NCBI GenBank assembly: GCA_021804825.1
Contig: JAJZGX010000002.1
Span: 2,760 to 66,759, forward strand
DNA from: Pseudomonadota bacterium
GTDB lineage: Bacteria; Pseudomonadota; Alphaproteobacteria; Rhizobiales; Beijerinckiaceae
Reading direction: 5' to 3'
DNA length: 64,000 bases
Positions 9,711 through 20,910 of this stretch are shown one piece after another. The notes beneath the pieces are model-generated. The model did not search any database and had not been told where the DNA came from. It saw only the letters and a program-made list of their open reading frames with translations. A program made the translations under genes and the position numbers. Numbering within the stretch: the stretch's first letter is position 1; each line of letters opens with the position of its first letter.

Positions 9711-10711
9711 GTCCTGATCGCCTCGCCTTTTGGGTTGAATCGATGTAACCGGCCAATATCCGGGGTGAGAAACAACTGGTCGCCGGGCTTGGCGCCAAGG
9801 TCACCCTCGGCGCGCACGGTGAGTTGGCCCATGCCCTCGGCTTCAACATAAAGGAATGTGTCACTGCCAAGCCGTTCGACGATGCTGACGCGCACCGGCC
9901 AGTCACCCGTCTCGCGGGAAATCTTGATATGCTCGGGGCGGATGCCAATGGTCGGCGCGCCATATTTCTGCGCGCGTTCGCCTTCGATGATGTTCATGGT
10001 CGGCGAGCCGATGAATTTGGCGACAAACAGGTTTTTCGGCGATTCATAAAGCTCCATGGGCGCGCCGGCCTGTTCGATATTGCCGCGATTGAGCACCACG
10101 ATCATGTCGGCCATGGTCATGGCCTCGACCTGATCGTGCGTCACGTAAATCATGGTGGTTTTCAGCGATTGATGCAGCCGGGTGATTTCGAGGCGCATCT
10201 GCACGCGCAGCGCCGCATCGAGATTCGACAGGGGCTCATCGAACAAAAACGCCTTGGGCTCGCGCACGATCGCCCGGCCAATGGCCACGCGCTGACGCTG
10301 GCCGCCGGAAAGCTGGCCGGGCCTGCGGGTCAGATATTCTGTCAGATTGAGCATATTGGCGGCGTAGGCGACCTTCTTGTCTATTTCGGCCTTCGGGACA
10401 CCGGCCATTTTCAACCCAAAGCCGATGTTGCTGGCGACGCTCATGTGCGGATAAAGCGCATAGGACTGGAACACCATCGAGAGGCCCCGCTGCGCCGGAG
10501 CGAAATCGGTGACGTCCTGGTTATCGATCAAGACATGCCCGGCGCTGAGATCTTCGAGCCCGGCAATGAGCCGCAGCAATGTCGATTTTCCGCAACCCGA
10601 CGGGCCGACGAAGACCACAAACGACCCGTCCGGGATTTCAAGATCGACGCTCGGAATGACCACCACTTCCGCGAAAGTCTTGCGCACGCCTAGGAGATTG
10701 ATTTTACCCAT
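9707..10711 (-). CDS. smoK: Sugar/polyol ABC transporter ATP-binding protein (MalK-like)
   Basis: Start re-set to ATG 10711 ([13 protein letters not shown]..). Walker [18 protein letters not shown] signature and a C-terminal MalK-type regulatory domain. Confidence 0.9.
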   Translation of the reverse strand: MGKINLLGVRKTFAEVVVIPSVDLEIPDGSFVVFVGPSGCGKSTLLRLIAGLEDLSAGHVLIDNQDVTDFAPAQRGLSMVFQSYALYPHMSVASNIGFGLKMAGVPKAEIDKKVAYAANMLNLTEYLTRRPGQLSGGQRQRVAIGRAIVREPKAFLFDEPLSNLDAALRVQMRLEITRLHQSLKTTMIYVTHDQVEAMTMADMIVVLNRGNIEQAGAPMELYESPKNLFVAKFIGSPTMNIIEGERAQKYGAPTIGIRPEHIKISRETGDWPVRVSIVERLGSDTFLYVEAEGMGQLTVRAEGDLGAKPGDQLFLTPDIGRLHRFNPKGEAIRT

Positions 10712-10739
10712 GGATGGAATTTCCTGTTTGTAGAGCCCG

Positions 10740-11570
10740 CTATTTGACCGCGCCAAAGGTGAGACCGCGCACAAGCTGCCGCTGGCTGAACCAGCCGAGC
10801 AGCACGATGGGTGCCACTGCCAGCGTCGAAGCGGCAGAGAGCTTGGCCCAGAACAATCCTTCCGGGCTTGAATAGGAAGCTATGAATGCCGTGAGCGGCG
10901 CTGCATGGATATTCGTCACATTCAAGCTCCAGAACGTCTCGTTCCAGCTGAGAATGATGTTGAGCAGCACGGTCGAGGCTATGCCCGGCACGGCCATGGG
11001 CGAGAGCACATAGACGATTTCTTTCCAGCGCGACGCGCCGTCCATGCGCGAAGCTTCAAGGATCTCATGCGGGATTTCCTTGAAATAAGTGTAGAGCATC
11101 CAGATCATGATCGGCAGATTGCTCAAGAACAGGATGATGATCAGGCCGGTGAACGTGTCGAGCAAGTGAAATTGCAGCAACAGCAGATATATCGGCACCA
11201 GCACGCCAACGGCCGGCATCATTTTGGTCGAAAGCATCCACAACAGGATCTGCTTGGTGTTCTTGGTGGGGGCGAAGGCGAAAGCATAGGCCGCTGGGAT
11301 GCCAACGAGCAGCCCCAGGACGGTCGAGCCGAAGGACAATGTGACAGAATTAAAGGCAAAGCGCCAGTAATTGTTGCGCGCCTGCACATCGATGTAATTG
11401 GCCAAGGTCCAATGGAAAAACAGAAACTTGGGCGGCAGTGCAATGGCATCTGCCTCAGACTTGAAGCTGGTGATCACCATCCACAGAATGGGGAAGAACA
11501 GCATCAAGGCAAAAGCATAGGCCAGGAAGGTCATTAACAGGCGTCGGGATGTTGTAGCCTTGCGCGCCAT
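10740..11570 (-). CDS. smoG: Sugar/polyol ABC transporter permease
   Basis: Start re-set to ATG 11570 ([12 protein letters not shown]..). Six-TM MalG-like permease with an EAA loop ([12 protein letters not shown]). Confidence 0.88.
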   Translation of the reverse strand: MARKATTSRRLLMTFLAYAFALMLFFPILWMVITSFKSEADAIALPPKFLFFHWTLANYIDVQARNNYWRFAFNSVTLSFGSTVLGLLVGIPAAYAFAFAPTKNTKQILLWMLSTKMMPAVGVLVPIYLLLLQFHLLDTFTGLIIILFLSNLPIMIWMLYTYFKEIPHEILEASRMDGASRWKEIVYVLSPMAVPGIASTVLLNIILSWNETFWSLNVTNIHAAPLTAFIASYSSPEGLFWAKLSAASTLAVAPIVLLGWFSQRQLVRGLTFGAVK

Positions 11571-11574
11571 GGTC

Positions 11575-12447
11575 TCAACCTTCCAGGTTCTTGCCGACAA
11601 GGCGGGTCAGGAATATCGACACGACATTCGCGAGCACCACGGCAATGATCCCACCCGCCGCAGCGCCGCCGACATCGAAATCACGCAAAGCCGAGCGAAA
11701 CACGAGGAAGGTGAGATTTGTCGTCGCCAGACCCGGCCCGCCGCCGGTGGTGACGAAGATTTCCGCGAAGATTCCGAGCAGGAAAATCGTCTCGATCAAG
11801 ATGACGACGGTCGCCGGGCGTGCCAGATGCGGCAAAACCAGATACCAGAAGTAGCTCAGAGGCGGAGCGCCATCCATCTGGGCAGCGTCCTTCTGCTCGA
11901 GATCAAGCGATTGCAAGGCCGTCAGCAGTATCAGCGTCGCGAAGGGCAACCATTGCCAGGCGACAATGATGATGACCGCAATCATCGGATCATTGGTGAA
12001 CCAGTCAATCGGCGGCACACCGAAAAGATGCGCAATCCAGGCGAACAGGCCGAAAACCGGCTGCATGAACAGGTTCTTCCAGACCAGTGCGGCGACGGTA
12101 GCCATGATGAAGAAGGGCGAAATCGCCATGACGCGCGCCACGCCCTGTCCAAAGATCGGCTGGTCGAGCAACAAGGCCATGCCTGTGCCACCGACAACGC
12201 TGATCACCAGCACCGAACCGACCAGAACCAGCGTGTTCCAGATCGAAGTCAGGAAGGCCGGGTCGGTGATGAAATAATAGTAATTCGTCCAGCCAATGAA
12301 CTTGTGAACAGGATTGCCCTGTAACGTATAGTTCAAGGTCGAATCATATATTGTGAGTGCCAGTGGCACGATCATCCATAGCAGCAACAGCCCTATCGAA
12401 GGTGCTGCGAGAAGTCGCGCTGCGGATTGAGTTTGCTTGGTCGCCAT
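11575..12447 (-). CDS. smoF: Sugar/polyol ABC transporter permease
   Basis: Start re-set to ATG 12447 (MATKQTQSAARLLAAPSIG..). MalF-like permease with an EAA loop (EQKDAAQMDGAPP). Confidence 0.88.
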   Translation of the reverse strand: MATKQTQSAARLLAAPSIGLLLLWMIVPLALTIYDSTLNYTLQGNPVHKFIGWTNYYYFITDPAFLTSIWNTLVLVGSVLVISVVGGTGMALLLDQPIFGQGVARVMAISPFFIMATVAALVWKNLFMQPVFGLFAWIAHLFGVPPIDWFTNDPMIAVIIIVAWQWLPFATLILLTALQSLDLEQKDAAQMDGAPPLSYFWYLVLPHLARPATVVILIETIFLLGIFAEIFVTTGGGPGLATTNLTFLVFRSALRDFDVGGAAAGGIIAVVLANVVSIFLTRLVGKNLEG

Positions 12448-12606
12448 ACGAGTTATCCCGTGGGAGCAAAGCCTGGCTGTGCTGCATGAACGCTGCGCAG
12501 CGCACAATTCTTGACTGCAGTCTGCAGAAGGACCCCCGGCTCGGGAGGAGGCACCAAGCCGGAGGGCCAGCCGCGCAGCCTGTGACCGCGCGGCATGAGG
12601 CAAAGC

Positions 12607-13920
12607 CTACTTGATGTAGCCAGCCTTGGTCATCACGCGGGTGGTATAGTCCTGCGCCTGCTTCAAGGCAGCATCGACCGTCATTTTACCTGCGAGTGCG
12701 CCCGAGAAATACTGACCGACAGTATCGCCAAGCCCCTCAAATTCGGGGATCGCTGCGAACTGAACGCCGATATAGGGCTTCTTCTTCACGGTGCCGTTCA
12801 TCGAAGGATCGGCTGAATCAATCGAATCCAGCGTCATTTGCGCAAAGGGCGCAGCCTTCAGATAGGCCGGGTTCTTGTAGAGCGAGGTGCGGGTGCCGGG
12901 CGGCACGCGAGCCCAACCTTCCTTGCTGGCAACCAGCTCGGTGTAGTGCTTGGAGGTCGCCCAGGCGATGAACTTCTCGGCTGCCGCGACATGCTTGGAA
13001 GCTGCCGGAATGCCGAGCGCCCATGACCACAGCCAATTGGCGTTCTTGCCAAGACCGGCGTTGGGGGCCAGCGCGAAGCCAACCTTGTCGGCTACCTTGG
13101 ACTTCTTGGGATCGGTCACAAAGCCCGCTGCCACGGTGGCATCGATCCACATGCCGCACTTGCCGGCATTGAACAATGTCAGATTGGCGTTGAAGCCGTT
13201 TGCCGAGGCGCCGGGCGGTCCATCAGCCTTCATCAGATTCACATAATAATTGATGGCGTTCTTCCATTCCGGGCCATCAAAAAGCGGCTTCCACTTCATG
13301 TTGAACCAGCGCGCGCCATAAGAATTGGCGAGAGTGGTGAGGAATGCCATGTTCTCGCCCCAGCCGGCCTTGCCGCGCAGGCAGATGCCATAGACGCCAT
13401 TCTTGGGGTCATTCATCTTGGCGGCAGCTTGGGCAATGAATGCCCAGGTCGGCGATTTCGGCATCGTCAGCCCGGCCTTTTTCATCAGGTCGGTGCGATA
13501 CATCACCATCGAGCTTTCGCCGTAGAACGGTGCAGCATAAAGCTTGCCACCGACGCTCAGGCCGCTGCGAATGGCAGGCAGCAGGTCGTTGACGTCGTAA
13601 TCCTTGCCGAGATTGTCGAGCGGCACCAGCCAGCCCTTCTTGGCCCAGATCGGAACTTCATAGGTGCCGATCGTAATGATGTCATATTGCCCAGCCTTTG
13701 TGGCAATATCGGTCGTCACTTTTTGACGCAGAACGTTTTCTTCCAGTGTCACCCAGTTCAGCTTGATGCCGGGGTTAGCTTTCGTGAAATCGCTGGTAAG
13801 CTTCTGCATGCGGATCATGTCGCCGTTATTGACAGTGGCGATGGTCAATGACTGTGCTGAAGCGGTGGACAATAATGCAAGCGCAAACGCGCCCGCATAA
13901 AGGGCTTTGGTAAACCTCAT
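12607..13920 (-). CDS. smoE: Sorbitol/mannitol-type ABC transporter substrate-binding protein
   Basis: 437 aa with signal peptide MRFTKALYAGAFALALLSTASA/QS and family-1 extracellular solute-binding features. GGAGGA RBS. It is the first transporter gene after the SorC regulator. Confidence 0.88.
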   Translation of the reverse strand: MRFTKALYAGAFALALLSTASAQSLTIATVNNGDMIRMQKLTSDFTKANPGIKLNWVTLEENVLRQKVTTDIATKAGQYDIITIGTYEVPIWAKKGWLVPLDNLGKDYDVNDLLPAIRSGLSVGGKLYAAPFYGESSMVMYRTDLMKKAGLTMPKSPTWAFIAQAAAKMNDPKNGVYGICLRGKAGWGENMAFLTTLANSYGARWFNMKWKPLFDGPEWKNAINYYVNLMKADGPPGASANGFNANLTLFNAGKCGMWIDATVAAGFVTDPKKSKVADKVGFALAPNAGLGKNANWLWSWALGIPAASKHVAAAEKFIAWATSKHYTELVASKEGWARVPPGTRTSLYKNPAYLKAAPFAQMTLDSIDSADPSMNGTVKKKPYIGVQFAAIPEFEGLGDTVGQYFSGALAGKMTVDAALKQAQDYTTRVMTKAGYIK

Positions 13921-14026
13921 GTTGCGTTCCTCCGAGGGTTCTGGGCTTTTGCCCTACACGCAAGCAAATAATCACATTGTGGCAGCATCGTGTCAATCGG
14001 CTTTTGCCGGTGGCGCCAAAATTATT

Positions 14027-14983
14027 TCAGGCCATGTCCAGAAGTGCAGTTGCTGTCGCCTCATCGGTGATGAGGCCATTGACCAAATGGCCGCGCAGCG
14101 CTCCCAGGATCGAGCGGCGCTTGTTGAAGCCCATGGCGACGCCGATCACCCTTGCGCCATCGCGCCGGATCGGCGCGCCGACCACGCGCTCATTGGTGAG
14201 GCCTTCGAGAAATACGCCCGACGCCGAAAAGGCCCGGCCACCGATCTCTCCGACCGCTCCGGCATTGACCAGCACGCGCATCTCGTTGCGATCAATGAAG
14301 CCATCGAGCAGCAGGGGCGCATCATCGCCAATATTGCCAATACCCACCATGGTGAACGCCGCGCGCGCCGCGAGCGCGTAAATATTCTGCACGCTGCGCA
14401 GCGTCAGGATGGCATCTTTTTCTTCGGGCGACGACACGAAGACTGGCACTGGCAGCGGAAAATGCGGCGCGTTGATGCGATCGGCAATGCCGCTGATGAC
14501 ATCGAAGAAGCTGGCTGAGCCATCAGCCGCGATATTGCCCATCAGCGAAATGATCTTGTGCTGCGGACAATCCATTTTCGGCAGTTGCGTCACGGCGGCG
14601 CGCACCGAGCGCCCGGTGCCCAGCGCAATCACCATGGGCGTTGGCGAGCGCAACACATGTTCAAGGCAATCGGCCGCAGCCTGTGCAGTGCCCAGCGTGG
14701 TGGAGCGGCTTTCAGGATCACTCGGCACCACATCGCAATATTGCAGGCCGAAGGTCTCTTGCAGCTTTTGCCCCAATTCCATGCAGGCCGCGACGGGATG
14801 ATCGAGCCGCACCTTGATGAGCTGGCGGCTGACCGCGAGCGACACCAGCCTCTGCGCGACTTGCCGCGAGACGCCGAGCTTGCGGGCAATCTCGTCCTGG
14901 CTGTTGTCGGCGACATAATAAAGCCATCCGGCGCGGGCAGCGTCATCAAGGCGGCTGTGTTCAGGATCATTGTTGCGCGCCAT
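14027..14983 (-). CDS. smoC: SorC/DeoR-type sugar-binding transcriptional regulator of the polyol operon
   Basis: Start re-set to ATG 14983 (MARNNDPEHSRLDDAARAGWLYYV..SQDEIARKLGVSRQVAQRLV = HTH), followed by a sugar-binding domain. Confidence 0.85.
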   Translation of the reverse strand: MARNNDPEHSRLDDAARAGWLYYVADNSQDEIARKLGVSRQVAQRLVSLAVSRQLIKVRLDHPVAACMELGQKLQETFGLQYCDVVPSDPESRSTTLGTAQAAADCLEHVLRSPTPMVIALGTGRSVRAAVTQLPKMDCPQHKIISLMGNIAADGSASFFDVISGIADRINAPHFPLPVPVFVSSPEEKDAILTLRSVQNIYALAARAAFTMVGIGNIGDDAPLLLDGFIDRNEMRVLVNAGAVGEIGGRAFSASGVFLEGLTNERVVGAPIRRDGARVIGVAMGFNKRRSILGALRGHLVNGLITDEATATALLDMA

Positions 14984-15146
14984 TATGCCACCCTGTGAGC
15001 GCCTCGTGCCTCGCGGCAATGCTACCAATCAGGCTCGCGTCTTGGCAAGGCCGCGATGTGCGCAAATTTCAAGAGTTTATGCGCGTCGTTCACCGGCTGT
15101 TTACCAAAAGCCTGTCTATCATGGCGTGACACAACGTGAGGACAAC

Positions 15147-15527
15147 ATGACGGAAGCGCCCGAGATGACAGCCAAAATCCTGCTCGCCGAGGACGATACC
15201 GATATGCGTCGCTTTCTGGTGAAAGCCCTGCAGAATGCCGGCTATGATGTCGCCTCTTTTGATAATGGCCTCTCGGCCTATCACCGGCTGCGCGAGGAGC
15301 CGTTCGAGTTGCTGCTGACCGATATTGTGATGCCGGAAATGGACGGGATCGAACTCGCCCGCCGCGCCACAGAGCTTGATCCCGACATCAAGGTCATGTT
15401 CATCACCGGCTTTGCCGCCGTGGCCCTGAATGCTGGCAACAACGCGCCACGCGATGCCAAAATTCTGTCCAAGCCCTTTCATCTCAGGGACTTGGTCAAT
15501 GAAGTCGGTCGCCTGCTCGCGGCCTGA
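15147..15527 (+). CDS. cpdR: Single-domain response regulator CpdR (ClpXP adaptor/localisation factor in the CtrA network)
   Basis: Start re-set to ATG 15147: MTEAPEMTAKILLAEDDTDMRRFLVKALQNAGYDV..LLLTDIVMPEMDGIELARR..KVMFITGFAAVAL..ILSKPFHL. This is a receiver domain only. The MFITGF and KPFHL motifs are typical of CpdR. Confidence 0.85.
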   Translation: MTEAPEMTAKILLAEDDTDMRRFLVKALQNAGYDVASFDNGLSAYHRLREEPFELLLTDIVMPEMDGIELARRATELDPDIKVMFITGFAAVALNAGNNAPRDAKILSKPFHLRDLVNEVGRLLAA

Positions 15528-15749
15528 TCGGCCAAAAGGCACAGCTTATCGCTGCTTTTCAGCAATTTCCTGCGCGTAGCGCGGGATGCGGGTTGGCTTG
15601 CGCCGACTTTTAGGTTAGAGCAGGGCTAAATCCCGGCTGCCTGACCAAGGTTCGCGTCGCGGATTTTTTCTGGACTTTGCAGAATTTTCCCAACCGGGCG
15701 GTAGCGCGGGGCTCGTTCGCGCCGCCGTCCCTGAAACGACAGGCCTGCC

Positions 15750-18700
15750 ATGCCGAAGCGCCAAGATATTTCGACCATCATGATCATTGGTGCCGGGCCG
15801 ATCATCATCGGCCAGGCCTGTGAATTTGATTATTCCGGCACGCAAGCCTGCAAGGCGCTGCGCGAGGAGGGCTATCGCATCGTCCTCGTCAATTCCAACC
15901 CCGCCACGATCATGACCGACCCAGACATGGCCGATCGCACTTATGTCGAGCCGATCACGCCGGAGATCGTCGCCAAGATCATCGAGAAGGAGCGCCACGC
16001 CATCCCCGGTGGTTTCGCGCTGCTGCCGACCATGGGCGGTCAGACCGCGCTCAACTGCGCGCTGTCGCTGAAAAAAATGGGCGTGCTGGAAAAATTCGAT
16101 GTCGAAATGATTGGCGCCAGTGCCGAAGCGATCGACAAGGCCGAAGATCGCGAATTGTTCCGCAATGCCATGACCAAAATCGGTCTGTCGACACCGCGCT
16201 CGCATCAGATCAAGACCCTTTCGCAAGCTCTGGGGATCCTCGATGACATCGGCCTGCCGGCCATCATCCGCCCGTCCTTTACCATGGGCGGCACCGGCGG
16301 CGGCATTGCCTATAACAAGGCCGAATTCATCGACATCATCGAGCGCGGCATCGACGCTTCGCCGACCAGCGAAGTGTTGGTGGAAGAGAGCGTTCTGGGG
16401 TGGAAAGAATATGAGATGGAGGTGGTGCGCGACAAAAACGACAATTGCATCATCATTTGCTCGATTGAAAACATCGATCCCATGGGTGTGCATACGGGTG
16501 ATTCGATCACGGTGGCGCCGGCCCTGACCCTGACCGACAAAGAATATCAGATCATGCGCGACGCCTCGCTGGCGGTGCTGCGGGAAATCGGCGTCGAGAC
16601 CGGCGGTTCGAATGTGCAATTTGCGGTCAATCCCGCTGATGGCCGCATGATCGTCATCGAGATGAACCCGCGCGTGTCGCGCTCGTCGGCATTGGCATCG
16701 AAAGCGACCGGATTTCCCATCGCCAAGGTCGCAGCCAAGCTGGCGGTTGGCTACACGCTCGATGAAATCGCCAATGACATCACCGGCGGGGCGACACCGG
16801 CGTCATTCGAGCCGACCATCGATTATGTCGTCACCAAAATTCCGCGCTTTGCTTTCGAGAAGTTCCCTGGCGCCGAGCCGATTCTCACCACGGCGATGAA
16901 ATCGGTCGGCGAGGCCATGGCCATTGGGCGTACCTTTGCCGAATCGCTGCAAAAGGCGCTGCGCTCGCTGGAAACCGGGCTCTCCGGCCTCGATGAGGTC
17001 GAGATCGAGGGGCTCGGGCGCGGCGATGACAAGAATGCCATGCGGGCGGCGCTGGGCCGCCCGACGCCTGACAGGCTTCTGGTGGTGGGTCAGTCGCTAC
17101 GCCTTGGCCTGTCGCAGGACGATATTTACGAAGCCTGCCGCATCGACCGCTGGTATATCGAGCGTTTGCAGGAAATCGTCGACTTTGAGCGCCGCGTGCA
17201 AAAGCACGGGCTGCCGACGGACGCGGAAAATTTCCGCAGACTCAAGGCGGCGGGATTTTCCGATCTGCGCCTCGCGGGCCTCGCCGGAATGGATGAGGCC
17301 AAGGTCACGGCAACGCGGCTTGGTCTTGACGTCAAACCGGTGTTCAAGCGCATCGACACTTGCGCGGCGGAATTCGCCTCGCCGACCGCTTACATGTATT
17401 CAACCTTCGCACCGGACTTTGCCGGTGAGGCGCCTTGCGAATCGCGACCTTCGCTGCGCGACAAGGTGGTGATCCTGGGAGGCGGCCCCAACCGCATAGG
17501 CCAGGGCATCGAGTTTGATTATTGCTGTTGCCATGCGTGTTTTGCGCTGACGGCGGCTGGCTATGAGACCATCATGGTCAATTGCAACCCCGAGACGGTT
17601 TCCACCGATTATGACACGTCGGACCGCCTGTATTTCGAGCCGCTGACGGCTGAAGACGTGCTTGCTGTGCTGCGCAAGGAACAGGAAAACGGCACGCTCA
17701 AGGGCGTCATCGTGCAATTTGGTGGTCAGACGCCGCTGAAACTGGCGCATGCGCTTGAACAGGCGGGTATTCCCATTCTCGGCACCTCGGTTGATTCGAT
17801 TGATCTGGCCGAGGATCGTGATCGCTTCAAGCGACTGCTGGACAAGCTGGCGCTGAAACAGCCCAAAAATGGCATTGCCTGGTCGGTCGAGCAATCGCGC
17901 ACCGTGGCCGGAGAATTGGGCCTGCCGCTGGTCGTGCGGCCGTCTTATGTCCTCGGCGGGCGGGCGATGGCGATCATCCGCGATCAGGGCACATTTGATG
18001 ATTACCTGCTCGACACGTTGCCGGGCCTCGTGCCGGCCGATGTCAAGCAGCGTTACCCCAATGACAAGACCGGGCAGATCAACACCGTGCTCGGCAAGAA
18101 CCCGCTGTTGTTCGACCGCTATCTGTCGGACGCCATCGAGGTTGATGTCGATGCCCTGTGCGATGGCCGGGACGTCTATATTGCCGGAATCATGGAACAT
18201 ATCGAGGAAGCGGGCATTCATTCGGGCGACAGCGCCTGTTCGCTGCCGCCGCGCTCGCTCAGCCCTGAAACCATTGCGAAGCTGGAAGATCACACGCGCA
18301 AAATGGCCTTGGCAATGCAGGTGATCGGCCTGATGAATGTGCAATATGCACTCAAGGACGGCGAGATTTTCGTGCTGGAGGTCAACCCGCGGGCCTCGCG
18401 CACCGTGCCCTTCGTTGCCAAGGTGATCGGCGTGCCGATTGCCAAGATTGCGGCGCGCATCATGGCGGGTGAGACTTTGGCGTCGTTCAAGCTGGGCGCG
18501 GCGCGCCCCAGCCATGTCGCCGTCAAAGAGGCGGTGTTTCCCTTCGCCCGGTTTCCGGGGGTTGATACCTTGCTTGGCCCCGAAATGCGCTCGACCGGGG
18601 AAGTCATGGGCCTTGACCGTGCCTTTGATGTCGCTTTCGCCAAGAGCCAGCTCGGTTCAGGCACCAAAGTGCCGCAGCGGGGCACGGTTTTCGTCTCCGT

Positions 18701-19085
18701 GCGCGATGATGACAAGCCGCGCATTCTGGCCACGATCAAGGCACTGCACACGCGCGGCTTCAAGATTGTCGCCACCGGGGGCACGCAGCGCTATCTGCAA
18801 GCCGCCGGCATTGATTCGATGCGCATCAACAAGGTGTCGGAAGGGCGCCCGCATGTGGTGGATTCGATCAAGAATGGCGACATCCACCTGGTGTTCAACA
18901 CCACGGAGGGTGCACAGGCGCTCGGCGATTCGCGCTCGCTGCGCCGTGAGGCCATGCTCCACAAAGTGCCCTATTATACCACGCTGGCGGGTTCGCTCGC
19001 CGCGGCCGAAGGCATCGAGGCCTATATGGCTGGCGAGTTGGAGGTTCGGGCCTTGCAGGATTATTTTGCCATAAATCCAGATTGA
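15750..19085 (+). CDS. carB: Carbamoyl-phosphate synthase large subunit
   Basis: 1111 aa with duplicated ATP-grasp halves (..[21 protein letters not shown].. and ..[20 protein letters not shown]..) and a C-terminal MGS-like domain. Confidence 0.98.
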   Translation: MPKRQDISTIMIIGAGPIIIGQACEFDYSGTQACKALREEGYRIVLVNSNPATIMTDPDMADRTYVEPITPEIVAKIIEKERHAIPGGFALLPTMGGQTALNCALSLKKMGVLEKFDVEMIGASAEAIDKAEDRELFRNAMTKIGLSTPRSHQIKTLSQALGILDDIGLPAIIRPSFTMGGTGGGIAYNKAEFIDIIERGIDASPTSEVLVEESVLGWKEYEMEVVRDKNDNCIIICSIENIDPMGVHTGDSITVAPALTLTDKEYQIMRDASLAVLREIGVETGGSNVQFAVNPADGRMIVIEMNPRVSRSSALASKATGFPIAKVAAKLAVGYTLDEIANDITGGATPASFEPTIDYVVTKIPRFAFEKFPGAEPILTTAMKSVGEAMAIGRTFAESLQKALRSLETGLSGLDEVEIEGLGRGDDKNAMRAALGRPTPDRLLVVGQSLRLGLSQDDIYEACRIDRWYIERLQEIVDFERRVQKHGLPTDAENFRRLKAAGFSDLRLAGLAGMDEAKVTATRLGLDVKPVFKRIDTCAAEFASPTAYMYSTFAPDFAGEAPCESRPSLRDKVVILGGGPNRIGQGIEFDYCCCHACFALTAAGYETIMVNCNPETVSTDYDTSDRLYFEPLTAEDVLAVLRKEQENGTLKGVIVQFGGQTPLKLAHALEQAGIPILGTSVDSIDLAEDRDRFKRLLDKLALKQPKNGIAWSVEQSRTVAGELGLPLVVRPSYVLGGRAMAIIRDQGTFDDYLLDTLPGLVPADVKQRYPNDKTGQINTVLGKNPLLFDRYLSDAIEVDVDALCDGRDVYIAGIMEHIEEAGIHSGDSACSLPPRSLSPETIAKLEDHTRKMALAMQVIGLMNVQYALKDGEIFVLEVNPRASRTVPFVAKVIGVPIAKIAARIMAGETLASFKLGAARPSHVAVKEAVFPFARFPGVDTLLGPEMRSTGEVMGLDRAFDVAFAKSQLGSGTKVPQRGTVFVSVRDDDKPRILATIKALHTRGFKIVATGGTQRYLQAAGIDSMRINKVSEGRPHVVDSIKNGDIHLVFNTTEGAQALGDSRSLRREAMLHKVPYYTTLAGSLAAAEGIEAYMAGELEVRALQDYFAINPD

Positions 19086-19179
19086 GCGTTATGATGTTGC
19101 CAGCGAAGATTTGAGCACGGCGCCGCCCCCCACAGGGGCTGCGTCTTTACGAAGCATTAGCCAAACCGGAACGACGACC

Positions 19180-19653
19180 ATGGAAAGATTTCCCATTACC
19201 ACGACCGGCTTCGCCGCCATGCAGGATGAGTTGAAGCACCGCCAGCAGGTTGAACGCCCGCGTATCATCGAGGCCATTTCCGAGGCGCGCGCCCATGGTG
19301 ATCTTTCGGAAAATGCGGAATATCATTCCGCCAAGGAAGCCCAGTCGCTCAACGAGGGCCGGATCAACGAACTCGAAGACAAGCTGTCGCGTGCAGAAGT
19401 GATCGATATTTCCAAGCTCTCGGGCGATACCGTCAAATTCGGTGCCACCGTGACCTTGATTGATGAGGACACTGAATTGCAGAAGGTCTATCTCATCGTC
19501 GGCGAAAGCGAGGCGGATATCAAATCCGGACGCATTTCCATTACCTCGCCCATCGCCCGCGCCTTGATCGGCAAGAAGGTCAACAGCAGTGTCGAAGTGG
19601 CGACGCCGGGCGGGCGCCGCTCTTACGAAATCACCAAGATTGCATTTGCATGA
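19180..19653 (+). CDS. greA: Transcription elongation factor GreA
   Basis: Start re-set to ATG 19180: [38 protein letters not shown].., 157 aa. carB-greA synteny supports the call. Confidence 0.95.
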   Translation: MERFPITTTGFAAMQDELKHRQQVERPRIIEAISEARAHGDLSENAEYHSAKEAQSLNEGRINELEDKLSRAEVIDISKLSGDTVKFGATVTLIDEDTELQKVYLIVGESEADIKSGRISITSPIARALIGKKVNSSVEVATPGGRRSYEITKIAFA

Positions 19654-20720
19654 GCAAAGGCCACGCCAAAGGCAAAACTCCCGATGACCGCGCCCAATAT
19701 GCGGTGACAGAGCCACGCGTGCCGGGGCTGGAACTCATTGGCACGCCTTCGGTGTGGGTGATTACCGACGGCAAGATCGGGGATGAAGTGCAATGTTTTG
19801 GCCTAGCGCATGCGCTCGGCGTCAAGCCGCAGCGCCACCTCGTGCGCCCGCGGGCGCTGTTCGCGGCGCTGATGCCCTGGGGGCCGATTGATCCGCGCGA
19901 TGCCCATCACAAGCCGGGCAGCCCGGTAGCGCCGCCGTTTCCCGATATTGCGATTGCCGCCGGCCGCCGCACGGTGCCCTATCTGCGTCATGTCAAACGC
20001 GCGTCCGGCGGGCGCACTTTCACGGTTTTCATGAAGGATCCCTATACGGGTGCCAAAACCGCCGATGTCCTGTGCCTGCCGATGCACGACACCTTGCGGG
20101 CCGAAAATATCATCACGGCCATGACTTCGCCTCATGGTCTTTCGCCCGAGGTGTTTCGCGCGGCCCATGATACCCCCGATCCGCGACTTGATGTCCTGCC
20201 GCAACCGCGGCTCGCAATGATCTTGGGCGGGGTCAGCGGCCATTATAATTTCACGGCAGCCGATTCCGACCGGCTCGCGGAAATTGCCGTGCGCCACGCC
20301 AGCGGCGGCTATGGGCTGATGGTGACGCCATCGCGGCGCACGCCCCCCGAATTGCTGGAAACCATCCGCGATGCGCTCGACCGCGCCGGGCTGCTCGGCA
20401 CGCGGGCCTTTGTCTGGAACCGGGTCGGCATCAACCCCTATGTCGGGATTCTGGCTCGTGCAGCGGCAATCATTGTCACGGGCGACAGCGTCAATATGGT
20501 GGGCGAGGCCACGGCCACAGGCGTGCCGGTACACGTCTATATTCCGTCGGGCAAGGGCCATCCGAAAATGACGCGCTTCATCGACCGGCTGGTCGAAGCG
20601 GGTGCGGTGCGGCGCTATCGCGGCAAACTGGAGCAATTCTCCTACGAGTGTGTTGATTCCACACCGCATTTTGCGCGGGAAGTTGCCAAGCGCTTCATGG
20701 CGTTCCGCGCCAAGTTATAA
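19650..20720 (+). CDS. ELM1/DUF1022-family protein (mitochondrial-fission ELM1-like, glycosyltransferase-like fold)
   Basis: 356 aa. [30 protein letters not shown] and [13 protein letters not shown] resemble the PF06258 family from memory. ATGA overlap with the greA stop. Confidence 0.7.
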   Translation: MSKGHAKGKTPDDRAQYAVTEPRVPGLELIGTPSVWVITDGKIGDEVQCFGLAHALGVKPQRHLVRPRALFAALMPWGPIDPRDAHHKPGSPVAPPFPDIAIAAGRRTVPYLRHVKRASGGRTFTVFMKDPYTGAKTADVLCLPMHDTLRAENIITAMTSPHGLSPEVFRAAHDTPDPRLDVLPQPRLAMILGGVSGHYNFTAADSDRLAEIAVRHASGGYGLMVTPSRRTPPELLETIRDALDRAGLLGTRAFVWNRVGINPYVGILARAAAIIVTGDSVNMVGEATATGVPVHVYIPSGKGHPKMTRFIDRLVEAGAVRRYRGKLEQFSYECVDSTPHFAREVAKRFMAFRAKL

Positions 20721-20910
20721 TGGGAACGACCATCGTCGCAGACCGGGATCTTTTGTGGCCGCCTCTGACGCCTCCCGACAAGCCCCTTGCTATGGCCCCA
20801 ACATAGTTGCATCATGAACTAACGATAAAAAGACCATCGGGGAAAAGGGTGTTGCACAAGGCTGTCGAGGCAGGATCACGTTGGCGCGGCCTGGCTGCAA
20901 GGTCGCCAGC

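Noticed and set aside
12448-12606. GC-rich palindromes in the smoE-smoF spacer (for example ctgcagtctgcag and gccgcgc..gcgcggc), considered as a REP-like element or mRNA-stability hairpins
   Set aside because: The stems are short (6-7 bp), and I did not see the sequence repeated elsewhere in the window. It is plausible but unsupported.
15528-15749. Possible tRNA or small RNA in the cpdR-carB spacer (segment ..aaggttcgcgtcgcggattttttct..)
   Set aside because: I could build no cloverleaf and found no GTTCGAATC-type T-loop. The hairpin preceding the T-run is too weak to call a terminator or sRNA.
15615-18515. Long minus-strand ORFs inside carB (15615-16619, 334 aa; 17400-18515, 371 aa). Similar long antisense ORFs lie inside other genes, for example 3590-4966, 33629-34945, 35503-36774, 36913-37959, 48061-49245, 51206-52033, 52160-53407 and 58718-59953.
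   Set aside because: They lie antisense to, or out of frame with, strongly recognisable genes. They are Arg/Ala/Gly/His-rich with no recognisable motifs. This is the typical pattern of shadow ORFs in GC-rich DNA.
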